Assembly: GCF_009914755.1 (NCBI RefSeq)
Contig: NC_060927.1
Strand: one strand, 5' to 3'
Origin: the human T2T-CHM13v2.0 reference genome, Homo sapiens
Length of the DNA: 64,000 bases
Numbering within the stretch: position 1 is the first letter of the stretch; every line of letters begins with the position of its first letter. A model generated the notes under the pieces. That model saw only the letters and a program-made list of their open reading frames with translations. It was not told where the DNA came from and ran no database searches. The position numbers and the translations under genes were made by a program. Shown here piece by piece: positions 40,475-54,929 of this stretch.

Positions 40475-43400
40475 CTCAAAGACGTTTAAATATCCACTTG
40501 CAGACTTCACAAACAGAGGGTTTCCAAACTGCTCTATGAAAAAAAAGGTTAAACTCTGTCAGTTGAACGCACACATCACAAAGTAGCTTCTGAGAATGAT
40601 ACTGTCTAGTTTTTATACGAAGATATTTCCTTTCTACCATTGGCGTCAAAGCGCTAGAATTCTCCACTTGCAAATTCCACAAAAAGAGTGTTTCCAATCT
40701 GCTCTGTCTAAAGGAAGGTTCAACTCTGTGAGTTGAATACACACACACAAAGAAGCTACTGAGAATTCTTTTGTCAAGAATTACAAGAAGAAATCCCGTT
40801 TCCAACGAAGGCCTCAAAGAGTTCCAAATATCCACTTGCACACTGCACAAACTAAGTCTTTCCAAACTGCTCTATGCAAAGAAATGTTCAACTCTGTGAG
40901 TTTAATACACACATCACAAAGCAGTTTCTGAGAATGATACTGTCTAGTTTTTATACGAAGATATTTCCTTTTGTACCATTGGCCTCATACTGCTAGAATT
41001 TTCCACTTGCAAATTCCACAAAAAGAGTGTTTCCAATCCGCTCTGTCTAAAGGAAGGTTCAACTCTCTGATTTGAATACATACATCCCAAAAGAAGTTCC
41101 TGAGAATTCTTCTGTCTAGCATTATGTGAAGAAATCCCGTTTCCAACGAAAGCCTCAAAGAGGTCCAAATATCCAGTTGCAGAATTTACAAACTGACTGT
41201 TTCCAAACTCATCTATGAAAAGAAAGGTTAAACTCTGGGAGTTGAATGCACATATCACAAAGTAGTTCCTGAGAATGATTCTGTCTAGTTTTCATACGAA
41301 GATATTTCCTTTTCCACCAATGGCCTCAAAGTGCTTGAAATCTCCCCTTGCAAATTCCACAGACAAGTGTCTCAAATCTGCACTGTCTAAAGGAAGGTTC
41401 AACCCTGTGAGTTGAATACACACACACAGAAAAAAATTCACTGAGAATTCTATTGTCTATCATTACACGAAGAAATCCCGTTTACTACGAAGGCCTCAAA
41501 GAGGTCCAAATATCCAGCTGCAGACATTGCAAACTGAGTGTTTCCAAAGTGCTCTATGAAAAGAAGTGTTAAACACTGTGAGTTCAATGCACACATCCCA
41601 AAGCAGTTTCTGAGAATGATTCCGTCTATTTTTTCTACGAAGATATTTCCTTTTCTGCCGTTGGCCTCAAAGCGCTTGAAATCTCCACTTGCAAATTCCA
41701 CAAAAAGAGAGTTTCAAATCTGCTCTGTCTAAAGGAAGGTTCAACTCTGTGAGTTGAATACACACCACAAAAAGAAGTTACTGAGAATTCTTCTGTCTAG
41801 CATTATATGAAAAATCCCGTTTCCAACGAAGGCCACAAAGAGGTCCAAATATCCACTTGCAGATTCTGCAAAAAGAGTGTTTCCAAACTGCTCTATGAAA
41901 AGAAACGTTAAACTCTGTGAGTTGAACGCAAACATCACAAAGTAGTTTCTGAGAATGACTCCGTCTAGTTTTTATACGAAGATATTTCCTTTCCTACCAT
42001 TCACTTCAAAGCGCTTGAAGTCTCCCCCTGAAAATTCCACAAAAAGTGTTTCCAATCTGCTCCGCCTAAAGGAAGCTTCAACTCTGTGACTTGAATACCC
42101 ACAACCCAAAGAAGTTACTGAGAATTCTTCTGTCTAGCATTATATGAAGAAATCCCGTTTCCAACGAAGGCCTCAAATACATCCAAATATCCAGTTGCTG
42201 ACTTTACAAACTGAGTGTTTCCAAACTGCTCTATGAAAAGAAAGGTTAAACACTGTGAGTTGAACACACACGTACCAAAGTAGTTTCTGAGAATGATTCT
42301 GTCTAGTTTGCATACGAAGATATTTCCTTTTCTACCATTGGCCTCAAAGCTCTGAAATCTCCACTTGCAAATTCCACAAAAAGAGAGTTTCAAATCTGCT
42401 GTTTCTAAAGGAAAGTTCAACTCTGAGAGTTGAATACACACCAGAAAAAGCAGTTACTGAGAAGTCTTCTGTCTAGCATTATATGAAGAAATCCCATTTC
42501 CAACGAAGACTTCAAAGAGGTCCAAATATCCACTTGCAGATTCTGCAAAAAGAGTGTTTCGAAACAACTCTATGAAAAGAAAGGTTAAACACTGTGAGTT
42601 GAACGCACACATTGCAAAGCAGTTTCTGAGAATGATTCCGTCTAATTATTATACGAAGGTATTTCCTTTTCTATCATTGGCCTCAAAGCGCTTGATACCT
42701 CCACCTGAAAATTCCACAAAAAGAGTGTTTCCAATCTACTCTGTCTAAAGGAACGTTCAACTCTGTGAGTTGAATACACACACACAGAAAGAATTCACTG
42801 AGAATTCTTCTGTCTGGCATTACATGAAGAAATCCCGTTTCCAACGAAGGCCTCAAAGAGGTCCAAATATCCACTTGCAGATTCTGCAAAAAGAGTGTTT
42901 CAAAACCGCTCCATTAAAAGGAATGTTGAACTCTGTGAGTTGAATGCAAACATCACAACTCAGTTGCTGAGAATGCTTCTGACTAGATTTTATGGTAAGA
43001 TATTTCCTTTTCTACCGTAGGCTTCAATGCCTTCTAAATACACCCTTGCAAATTCTACAAAGAGACTGTTTCATAACTGCTCTATAGGAAGAAAGGTTCA
43101 ACTCTGTGAGTTGAATGCAGAGATCACAACGTGGTTTCTGCGAATGATTCTTTGTAGTTTTTACATGAAGATATTTCGTTGTCAACCATAGGCTTCAAAG
43201 CACTCAAAGTATTCACTTGGAACTTTTACAAAAAGAGTGTTACAAAACTGCTCTTTCCAAAGTAAGGTTCAACTCGGTGAGTTGAATGCACACATAACAA
43301 TCAAGAAGTATCTGAGAATTCTTCTGTCCTGGTTTATATGAAGAAATCCCGTTTCCAACGAAGGCCTCAAAGACGTTTAAATATCCACTTGCAGACTTCA

Positions 43401-46400
43401 CAAACAGAGGGTTTCCAAACTTCTCTATGAAAAAAAAGGTTAAACTCTGTCAGTTGAACGCACACATCACAAAGTAGCTTCTGAGAATGATACTGTCTAG
43501 TTTTTATACGAAGATATTTCCTTTCTACCATTGGCGTCAAAGCGCTAGAATTCTCCACTTGCAAATTCCACAAAAAGAGTGTTTCCAATCTGCTCTGTCT
43601 AAAGGAAGGTTCAACTCTGTGAGTTGAATACACACACACAAAGAAGCTACTGAGAATTCTTTTGTCAAGAATTACAAGAAGAAATCCCGTTTCCAACGAA
43701 GGCCTCAAAGAGTTCCAAATATCCACTTGCACGCTGCACAAACTAAGTCTTTCCAAACTGCTCTATGCAAAGAAATGTTCAACTCTGTGAGTTTAATACG
43801 CACATCACAAAGCAGTTTCTGAGAATGATACTGTCTAGTTTTTATACGAAGATATTTCCTTTTGTACCATTGGCCTCATACTGCTAGAATTTTCCACTTG
43901 CAAATTCCACAAAAAGAGTGTTTCCAATCCGCTCTGTCTAAAGGAAGGTTCAACTCTCTGATTTGAATACATACATCCCAAAAGAAGTTCCTGAGAATTC
44001 TTCTGTCTAGCATTATGTGAAGAAATCCCGTTTCCAACGAAAGCCTCAAAGAGGTCCAAATATCCAGTTGCAGAATTTACAAACTGACTGTTTCCAAACT
44101 CATCTATGAAAAGAAAGGTTAAACTCTGGGAGTTGAATGCACATATCACAAAGTAGTTCCTGAGAATGATTCCGTCTAGTTTTCATACGAAGATATTTCC
44201 TTTTCCACCAATGGCCTCAAAGTGCTTGAAATCTCCCCTTGCAAATTCCACAGACAAGTGTTTCAAATCTGCACTGTCTAAAGGAAGGTTCAACCCTGTG
44301 AGTTGAATACACACACACAGAAAAAAATTCACTGAGAATTCTATTGTCTATCATTACACGAAGAAATCCCGTTTACTACGAAGGCCTCAAAGAGGTCCAA
44401 ATATCCAGCTGCAGACATTACAAACTGAGTGTTTCCAAATTGCTCTATGAAAAGAAGTGTTAAACACTGTGAGTTCAATGCACACATCCCAAAGCAGTTT
44501 CTGAGAATGATTCCGTCTATTTTTTCTACGAAGATATTTCCTTTTCTGCCGTTGGCCTCAAAGCGCTTGAAATCTCCACTTGCAAATTCCACAAAAAGAG
44601 AGTTTCAAATCTGCTCTGTCTAAAGGAAGGTTCAACTCTGTGAGTTGAATACACACCACAAAAAGAAGTTACTGAGAATTCTTCTGTCTAGCATTATATG
44701 AAAAATCCCGTTTCCAACGAAGGCCACAAAGAGGTCCAAATATCCACTTGCAGATTCTGCAAAAAGAGTGTTTCCAAACTGCTCTATGAAAAGAAACGTT
44801 AAACTCTGTGAGTTGAACGCAAACATCACAAAGTAGTTTCTGAGAATGACTCCGTCTAGTTTTTATACGAAGATATTTCCTTTCCTACCATTCACTTCAA
44901 AGCGCTTGAAGTCTCCCCCTGAAAATTCCACAAAAAGTGTTTCCAATCTGCTCCGCCTAAAGGAAGCTTCAACTCTGTGACTTGAATACCCACAACCCAA
45001 AGAAGTTACTGAGAATTCTTCTGTCTAGCATTATATGAAGAAATCCCGTTTCCAACGAAGGCCTCAAATACATCCAAATATCCAGTTGCTGACTTTACAA
45101 ACTGAGTGTTTCCAAACTGCTCTATGAAAAGAAAGGTTAAACACTGTGAGTTGAACACACACGTACCAAAGTAGTTTCTGAGAATGATTCTGTCTAGTTT
45201 GCATACGAAGATATTTCCTTTTCTACCATTGGCCTCAAAGCTCTGAAATCTCCACTTGCAAATTCCACAAAAAGAGAGTTTCAAATCTGCTGTTTCTAAA
45301 GGAAAGTTCAACTCTGAGAGTTGAATACACACCAGAAAAAGCAGTTACTGAGAAGTCTTCTGTCTAGCATTATATGAAGAAATCCCATTTCCAACGAAGA
45401 CTTCAAAGAGGTCCAAATATCCACTTGCAGATTCTGCAAAAAGAGTGTTTCGAAACAACTCTATGAAAAGAAAGGTTAAACACTGTGAGTTGAACGCACA
45501 CATTGCAAAGCAGTTTCTGAGAATGATTCCGTCTAATTATTATACGAAGGTATTTCCTTTTCTATCATTGGCCTCAAAGCGCTTGATACCTCCACCTGAA
45601 AATTCCACAAAAAGAGTGTTTCCAATCTACTCTGTCTAAAGGAACGTTCAACTCTGTGAGTTGAATACACACACACAGAAAGAATTCACTGAGAATTCTT
45701 CTGTCTGGCATTACATGAAGAAATCCCGTTTCCAACGAAGGCCTCAAAGAGGTCCAAATATCCACTTGCAGATTCTGCAAAAAGAGTGTTTCAAAACCGC
45801 TCCATTAAAAGGAATGTTGAACTCTGTGAGTTGAATGCAAACATCACAACTCAGTTGCTGAGAATGCTTCTGACTAGATTTTATGGTAAGATATTTCCTT
45901 TTCTACCGTAGGCTTCAATGCCCTCTAAATACACCCTTGCAAATTCTACAAAGAGACTGTTTCATAACTGCTCTATAGGAAGAAAGGTTCAACTCTGTGA
46001 GTTGAATGCAGAGATCACAACGTGGTTTCTGCGAATGATTCTTTGTAGTTTTTACATGAAGATATTTCGTTGTCAACCGTAGGCTTCAAAGCACTCAAAG
46101 TATTCACTTGGAACTTTTACAAAAAGAGTGTTAGAAAACTGCTCTTTCCAAAGTAAGGTTCAACTCTGTGAGTTGAATGCACACATAACAATCAAGAAGT
46201 TTCTGAGAATTCTTCTGTCCTGGTTTATATGAAGAAATCCCGTTTCCAACGAAGGCCTCAAAGACGTTTAAATATCCACTTGCAGACTTCACAAACAGAG
46301 GGTTTCCAAACTGCTCTATGAAAAAAAAGGTTAAACTCTGTGAGTTGAACGCACACATCACAAAGTAGCTTCTGAGAATGATACTGTCTAGTTTTTATAC

Positions 46401-49400
46401 GAAGATATTTCCTTTCTACCATTGGCGTCAAAGCGCTAGAATTCTCCACTTGCAAATTCCACAAAAAGAGTGTTTCCAATCTGCTCTGTCTAAAGGAAGG
46501 TTCAACTCTGTGAGTTGAATACACACACACAAAGAAGCTACTGAGAATTCTTTTGTCAAGAATTACAAGAAGAAATCCCGTTTCCAACGAAGGCCTCAAA
46601 GAGTTCCAAATATCCACTTGCACACTGCACAAACTAAGTCTTTCCAAACTGCTCTATGCAAAGAAATGTTCAACTCTGTGAGTTTAATACGCACATCACA
46701 AAGCAGTTTCTGAGAATGATACTGTCTAGTTTTTATACGAAGATATTTCCTTTTGTACCATTGGCCTCATACTGCTAGAATTTTCCACTTGCAAATTCCA
46801 CAAAAAGAGTGTTTCCAATCCGCTCTGTCTAAAGGAAGGTTCAACTCTCTGATTTGAATACATACATCCCAAAAGAAGTTCCTGAGAATTCTTCTGTCTA
46901 GCATTATGTGAAGAAATCCCGTTTCCAACGAAAGCCTCAAAGAGGTCCAAATATCCAGTTGCAGAATTTACAAACTGACTGTTTCCAAACTCATCTATGA
47001 AAAGAAAGGTTAAACTCTGGGAGTTGAATGCACATATCACAAAGTAGTTCCTGAGAATGATTCTGTCTAGTTTTCATACGAAGATATTTCCTTTTCCACC
47101 AATGGCCTCAAAGTGCTTGAAATCTCCCCTTGCAAATTCCACAGACAAGTGTTTCAAATCTGCACTGTCTAAAGGAAGGTTCAACCCTGTGAGTTGAATA
47201 CACACACACAGAAAAAAATTCACTGAGAATTCTATTGTCTATCATTACACGAAGAAATCCCGTTTACTACGAAGGCCTCAAAGAGGTCCAAATATCCAGC
47301 TGCAGACATTACAAACTGAGTGTTTCCAAAGTGCTCTATGAAAAGAAGTGTTAAACACTGTGAGTTCAATGCACACATCCCAAAGCAGTTTCTGAGAATG
47401 ATTCCGTCTATTTTTTCTACAAAGATATTTCCTTTTCTGCCGTTGGCCTCAAAGCGCTTGAAATCTCCACTTGCAAATTCCACAAAAAGAGAGTTTCAAA
47501 TCTGCTCTGTCTAAAGGAAGGTTCAACTCTGTGAGTTGAATACACACCACAAAAAGAAGTTACTGAGAATTCTTCTGTCTAGCATTATATGAAAAATCCC
47601 GTTTCCAACGAAGGCCACAAAGAGGTCCAAATATCCACTTGCAGATTCTGCAAAAAGAGTGTTTCCAAACTGCTCTATGAAAAGAAACGTTAAACTCTGT
47701 GAGTTGAACGCAAACATCACAAAGTAGTTTCTGAGAATGACTCCGTCTAGTTTTTATACGAAGATATTTCCTTTCCTACCATTCACTTCAAAGCGCTTGA
47801 AGTCTCCCCCTGAAAATTCCACAAAAAGTGTTTCCAATCTGCTCCGCCTAAAGGAAGCTTCAACTCTGTGACTTGAATACCCACAACCCAAAGAAGTTAC
47901 TGAGAATTCTTCTGTCTAGCATTATATGAAGAAATCCCGTTTCCAACGAAGGCCTCAAATACATCCAAATATCCAGTTGCTGACTTTACAAACTGAGTGT
48001 TTCCAAACTGCTCTATGAAAAGAAAGGTTAAACACTGTGAGTTGAACACACACGTACCAAAGTAGTTTCTGAGAATGATTCTGTCTAGTTTGCATACGAA
48101 GATATTTCCTTTTCTACCATTGGCCTCAAAGCTCTGAAATCTCCACTTGCAAATTCCACAAAAAGAGAGTTTCAAATCTGCTGTTTCTAAAGGAAAGTTC
48201 AACTCTGAGAGTTGAATACACACCAGAAAAAGCAGTTACTGAGAAGTCTTCTGTCTAGCATTATATGAAGAAATCCCATTTCCAACGAAGACTTCAAAGA
48301 GGTCCAAATATCCACTTGCAGATTCTGCAAAAAGAGTGTTTCGAAACAACTCTATGAAAAGAAAGGTTAAACACTGTGAGTTGAACGCACACATTGCAAA
48401 GCAGTTTCTGAGAATGATTCCGTCTAATTATTATACGAAGGTATTTCCTTTTCTATCATTGGCCTCAAAGCGCTTGATACCTCCACCTGAAAATTCCACA
48501 AAAAGAGTGTTTCCAATCTACTCTGTCTAAAGGAACGTTCAACTCTGTGAGTTGAATACACACACACAGAAAGAATTCACTGAGAATTCTTCTGTCTGGC
48601 ATTACATGAAGAAATCCCGTTTCCAACGAAGGCCTCAAAGAGGTCCAAATATCCACTTGCAGATTCTGCAAAAAGAGTGTTTCAAAACCGCTCCATTAAA
48701 AGGAATGTTGAACTCTGTGAGTTGAATGCAAACATCACAACTCAGTTGCTGAGAATGCTTCTGACTAGATTTTATGGTAAGATATTTCCTTTTCTACCGT
48801 AGGCTTCAATGCCCTCTAAATACACCCTTGCAAATTCTACAAAGAGACTGTTTCATAACTGCTCTATAGGAAGAAAGGTTCAACTCTGTGAGTTGAATGC
48901 AGAGATCACAACGTGGTTTCTGCGAATGATTCTTTGTAGTTTTTACATGAAGATATTTCGTTGTCAACCGTAGGCTTCAAAGCACTCAAAGTATTCACTT
49001 GGAACTTTTACAAAAAGAGTGTTAGAAAACTGCTCTTTCCAAAGTAAGGTTCAACTCTGTGAGTTGAATGCACACATAACAATCAAGAAGTTTCTGAGAA
49101 TTCTTCTGTCCTGGTTTATATGAAGAAATCCCGTTTCCAACGAAGGCCTCAAAGACGTTTAAATATCCACTTGCAGACTTCACAAACAGAGGGTTTCCAA
49201 ACTGCTCTATGAAAAAAAAGGTTAAACTCTGTGAGTTGAACGCACACATCACAAAGTAGCTTCTGAGAATGATACTGTCTAGTTTTTATACGAAGATATT
49301 TCCTTTCTACCATTGGCGTCAAAGCGCTAGAATTCTCCACTTGCAAATTCCACAAAAAGAGTGTTTCCAATCTGCTCTGTCTAAAGGAAGGTTCAACTCT

Positions 49401-52400
49401 GTGAGTTGAATACACACACACAAAGAAGCTACTGAGAATTCTTTTGTCAAGAATTACAAGAAGAAATCCCGTTTCCAACGAAGGCCTCAAAGAGTTCCAA
49501 ATATCCACTTGCACACTGCACAAACTAAGTCTTTCCAAACTGCTCTATGCAAAGAAATGTTCAACTCTGTGAGTTTAATACGCACATCACAAAGCAGTTT
49601 CTGAGAATGATACTGTCTAGTTTTTATACGAAGATATTTCCTTTTGTACCATTGGCCTCATACTGCTAGAATTTTCCACTTGCAAATTCCACAAAAAGAG
49701 TGTTTCCAATCCGCTCTGTCTAAAGGAAGGTTCAACTCTCTGATTTGAATACATACATCCCAAAAGAAGTTCCTGAGAATTCTTCTGTCTAGCATTATGT
49801 GAAGAAATCCCGTTTCCAACGAAAGCCTCAAAGAGGTCCAAATATCCAGTTGCAGAATTTACAAACTGACTGTTTCCAAACTCATCTATGAAAAGAAAGG
49901 TTAAACTCTGGGAGTTGAATGCACATATCACAAAGTAGTTCCTGAGAATGATTCTGTCTAGTTTTCATACGAAGATATTTCCTTTTCCACCAATGGCCTC
50001 AAAGTGCTTGAAATCTCCCCTTGCAAATTCCACAGACAAGTGTTTCAAATCTGCACTGTCTAAAGGAAGGTTCAACCCTGTGAGTTGAATACACACACAC
50101 AGAAAAAAATTCACTGAGAATTCTATTGTCTATCATTACACGAAGAAATCCCGTTTACTACGAAGGCCTCAAAGAGGTCCAAATATCCAGCTGCAGACAT
50201 TACAAACTGAGTGTTTCCAAAGTGCTCTATGAAAAGAAGTGTTAAACACTGTGAGTTCAATGCACACATCCCAAAGCAGTTTCTGAGAATGATTCCGTCT
50301 ATTTTTTCTACAAAGATATTTCCTTTTCTGCCGTTGGCCTCAAAGCGCTTGAAATCTCCACTTGCAAATTCCACAAAAAGAGAGTTTCAAATCTGCTCTG
50401 TCTAAAGGAAGGTTCAACTCTGTGAGTTGAATACACACCACAAAAAGAAGTTACTGAGAATTCTTCTGTCTAGCATTATATGAAAAATCCCGTTTCCAAC
50501 GAAGGCCACAAAGAGGTCCAAATATCCACTTGCAGATTCTGCAAAAAGAGTGTTTCCAAACTGCTCTATGAAAAGAAACGTTAAACTCTGTGAGTTGAAC
50601 GCAAACATCACAAAGTAGTTTCTGAGAATGACTCCGTCTAGTTTTTATACGAAGATATTTCCTTTCCTACCATTCACTTCAAAGCGCTTGAAGTCTCCCC
50701 CTGAAAATTCCACAAAAAGTGTTTCCAATCTGCTCCGCCTAAAGGAAGCTTCAACTCTGTGACTTGAATACCCACAACCCAAAGAAGTTACTGAGAATTC
50801 TTCTGTCTAGCATTATATGAAGAAATCCCGTTTCCAACGAAGGCCTCAAATACATCCAAATATCCAGTTGCTGACTTTACAAACTGAGTGTTTCCAAACT
50901 GCTCTATGAAAAGAAAGGTTAAACACTGTGAGTTGAACACACACGTACCAAAGTAGTTTCTGAGAATGATTCTGTCTAGTTTGCATACGAAGATATTTCC
51001 TTTTCTACCATTGGCCTCAAAGCTCTGAAATCTCCACTTGCAAATTCCACAAAAAGAGAGTTTCAAATCTGCTGTTTCTAAAGGAAAGTTCAACTCTGAG
51101 AGTTGAATACACACCAGAAAAAGCAGTTACTGAGAAGTCTTCTGTCTAGCATTATATGAAGAAATCCCATTTCCAACGAAGACTTCAAAGAGGTCCAAAT
51201 ATCCACTTGCAGATTCTGCAAAAAGAGTGTTTCGAAACAACTCTATGAAAAGAAAGGTTAAACACTGTGAGTTGAACGCACACATTGCAAAGCAGTTTCT
51301 GAGAATGATTCCGTCTAATTATTATACGAAGGTATTTCCTTTTCTATCATTGGCCTCAAAGCGCTTGATACCTCCACCTGAAAATTCCACAAAAAGAGTG
51401 TTTCCAATCTACTCTGTCTAAAGGAACGTTCAACTCTGTGAGTTGAATACACACACACAGAAAGAATTCACTGAGAATTCTTCTGTCTGGCATTACATGA
51501 AGAAATCCCGTTTCCAACGAAGGCCTCAAAGAGGTCCAAATATCCACTTGCAGATTCTGCAAAAAGAGTGTTTCAAAACCGCTCCATTAAAAGGAATGTT
51601 GAACTCTGTGAGTTGAATGCAAACATCACAACTCAGTTGCTGAGAATGCTTCTGACTAGATTTTATGGTAAGATATTTCCTTTTCTACCGTAGGCTTCAA
51701 TGCCCTCTAAATACACCCTTGCAAATTCTACAAAGAGACTGTTTCATAACTGCTCTATAGGAAGAAAGGTTCAACTCTGTGAGTTGAATGCAGAGATCAC
51801 AACGTGGTTTCTGCGAATGATTCTTTGTAGTTTTTACATGAAGATATTTCGTTGTCAACCGTAGGCTTCAAAGCACTCAAAGTATTCACTTGGAACTTTT
51901 ACAAAAAGAGTGTTAGAAAACTGCTCTTTCCAAAGTAAGGTTCAACTCTGTGAGTTGAATGCACACATAACAATCAAGAAGTTTCTGAGAATTCTTCTGT
52001 CCTGGTTTATATGAAGAAATCCCGTTTCCAACGAAGGCCTCAAAGACGTTTAAATATCCACTTGCAGACTTCACAAACAGAGGGTTTCCAAACTGCTCTA
52101 TGAAAAAAAAGGTTAAACTCTGTCAGTTGAACGCACACATCACAAAGTAGCTTCTGAGAATGATACTGTCTAGTTTTTATACGAAGATATTTCCTTTCTA
52201 CCATTGGCGTCAAAGCGCTAGAATTCTCCACTTGCAAATTCCACAAAAAGAGTGTTTCCAATCTGCTCTGTCTAAAGGAAGGTTCAACTCTGTGAGTTGA
52301 ATACACACACACAAAGAAGCTACTGAGAATTCTTTTGTCAAGAATTACAAGAAGAAATCCCGTTTCCAACGAAGGCCTCAAAGAGTTCCAAATATCCACT

Positions 52401-54929
52401 TGCACACTGCACAAACTAAGTCTTTCCAAACTGCTCTATGCAAAGAAATGTTCAACTCTGTGAGTTTAATACGCACATCACAAAGCAGTTTCTGAGAATG
52501 ATACTGTCTAGTTTTTATACGAAGATATTTCCTTTTGTACCATTGGCCTCATACTGCTAGAATTTTCCACTTGCAAATTCCACAAAAAGAGTGTTTCCAA
52601 TCCGCTCTGTCTAAAGGAAGGTTCAACTCTCTGATTTGAATACATACATCCCAAAAGAAGTTCCTGAGAATTCTTCTGTCTAGCATTATGTGAAGAAATC
52701 CCGTTTCCAACGAAAGCCTCAAAGAGGTCCAAATATCCAGTTGCAGAATTTACAAACTGACTGTTTCCAAACTCATCTATGAAAAGAAAGGTTAAACTCT
52801 GGGAGTTGAATGCACATATCACAAAGTAGTTCCTGAGAATGATTCTGTCTAGTTTTCATACGAAGATATTTCCTTTTCCACCAATGGCCTCAAAGTGCTT
52901 GAAATCTCCCCTTGCAAATTCCACAGACAAGTGTTTCAAATCTGCACTGTCTAAAGGAAGGTTCAACCCTGTGAGTTGAATACACACACACAGAAAAAAA
53001 TTCACTGAGAATTCTATTGTCTATCATTACACGAAGAAATCCCGTTTACTACGAAAGCCTCAAAGAGGTCCAAATATCCAGCTGCAGACATTACAAACTG
53101 AGTGTTTCCAAATTGCTCTATGAAAAGAAGTGTTAAACACTGTGAGTTCAATGCACACATCCCAAAGCAGTTTCTGAGAATGATTCCGTCTATTTTTTCT
53201 ACGAAGATATTTCCTTTTCTGCCGTTGGCCTCAAAGCGCTTGAAATCTCCACTTGCAAATTCCACAAAAAGAGAGTTTCAAATCTGCTCTGTCTAAAGGA
53301 AGGTTCAACTCTGTGAGTTGAATACACACCACAAAAAGAAGTTACTGAGAATTCTTCTGTCTAGCATTATATGAAAAATCCCGTTTCCAACGAAGGCCAC
53401 AAAGAGGTCCAAATATCCACTTGCAGATTCTGCAAAAAGAGTGTTTCCAAACTGCTCTATGAAAAGAAGCGTTAAACTCTGTGAGTTGAATGCAAACATC
53501 ACAAAGTAGTTTCTGAGAATGACTCCGTCTAGTTTTTATACGAAGATATTTCCTTTCCTACCATTCACTTCAAAGCGCTTGAAGTCTCCCCCTGAAAATT
53601 CCACAAAAAGTGTTTCCAATCTGCTCCGCCTAAAGGAAGCTTCAACTCTGTGACTTGAATACCCACAACCCAAAGAAGTTACTGAGAATTCTTCTGTCTA
53701 GCATTATATGAAGAAATCCCGTTTCCAACGAAGGCCTCAAATACATCCAAATATCCAGTTGCTGACTTTACAAACTGAGTGTTTCCAAACTGCTCTATGA
53801 AAAGAAAGGTTAAACACTGTGAGTTGAACACACACGTACCAAAGTAGTTTCTGAGAATGATTCTGTCTAGTTTGCATACGAAGATATTTCCTTTTCTACC
53901 ATTGGCCTCAAAGCTCTGAAATCTCCACTTGCAAATTCCACAAAAAGAGAGTTTCAAATCTGCTGTTTCTAAAGGAAAGTTCAACTCTGAGAGTTGAATA
54001 CACACCAGAAAAAGCAGTTACTGAGAAGTCTTCTGTCTAGCATTATATGAAGAAATCCCATTTCCAACGAAGACTTCAAAGAGGTCCAAATATCCACTTG
54101 CAGATTCTGCAAAAAGAGTGTTTCGAAACAACTGTATGAAAAGAAAGGTTAAACACTGTGAGTTGAACGCACACATTGCAAAGCAGTTTCTGAGAATGAT
54201 TCCGTCTAATTATTATACGAAGGTATTTCCTTTTCTATCATTGGCCTCAAAGCGCTTGATACCTCCACCTGAAAATTCCACAAAAAGAGTGTTTCCAATC
54301 TACTCTGTCTAAAGGAACGTTCAACTCTGTGAGTTGAATACACACACACAGAAAGAATTCACTGAGAATTCTTCTGTCTGGCATTACATGAAGAAATCCC
54401 GTTTCCAACGAAGGCCTCAAAGAGGTCCAAATATCCACTTGCAGATTCTGCAAAAAGAGTGTTTCAAAACCGCTCCATTAAAAGGAATGTTGAACTCTGT
54501 GAGTTGAATGCAAACATCACAACTCAGTTGCTGAGAATGCTTCTGACTAGATTTTATGGTAAGATATTTCCTTTTCTACCGTAGGCTTCAATGCCCTCTA
54601 AATACACCCTTGCAAATTCTACAAAGAGACTGTTTCATAACTGCTCTATAGGAAGAAAGGTTCAACTCTGTGAGTTGAATGCAGAGATCACAACGTGGTT
54701 TCTGCGAATGATTCTTTGTAGTTTTTACATGAAGATATTTCGTTGTCAACCGTAGGCTTCAAAGCACTCAAAGTATTCACTTGGAACTTTTACAAAAAGA
54801 GTGTTAGAAAACTGCTCTTTCCAAAGTAAGGTTCAACTCTGTGAGTTGAATGCACACATAACAATCAAGAAGTTTCTGAGAATTCTTCTGTCCTGGTTTA
54901 TATGAAGAAATCCCGTTTCCAACGAAGGC
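40475..54929 (-). repeat. Second copy of a long-range multi-HOR duplication (copies 15-19 mirror copies 1-4, with copy 3 doubled)
   Basis: Rare SNV sets are shared at a 40,474-bp offset, e.g. 2558/43032, 2714/43188, 2802/43276, 2836/43310, 2948/43422, 3259/43733, 6947/47421. Confidence 0.85.
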
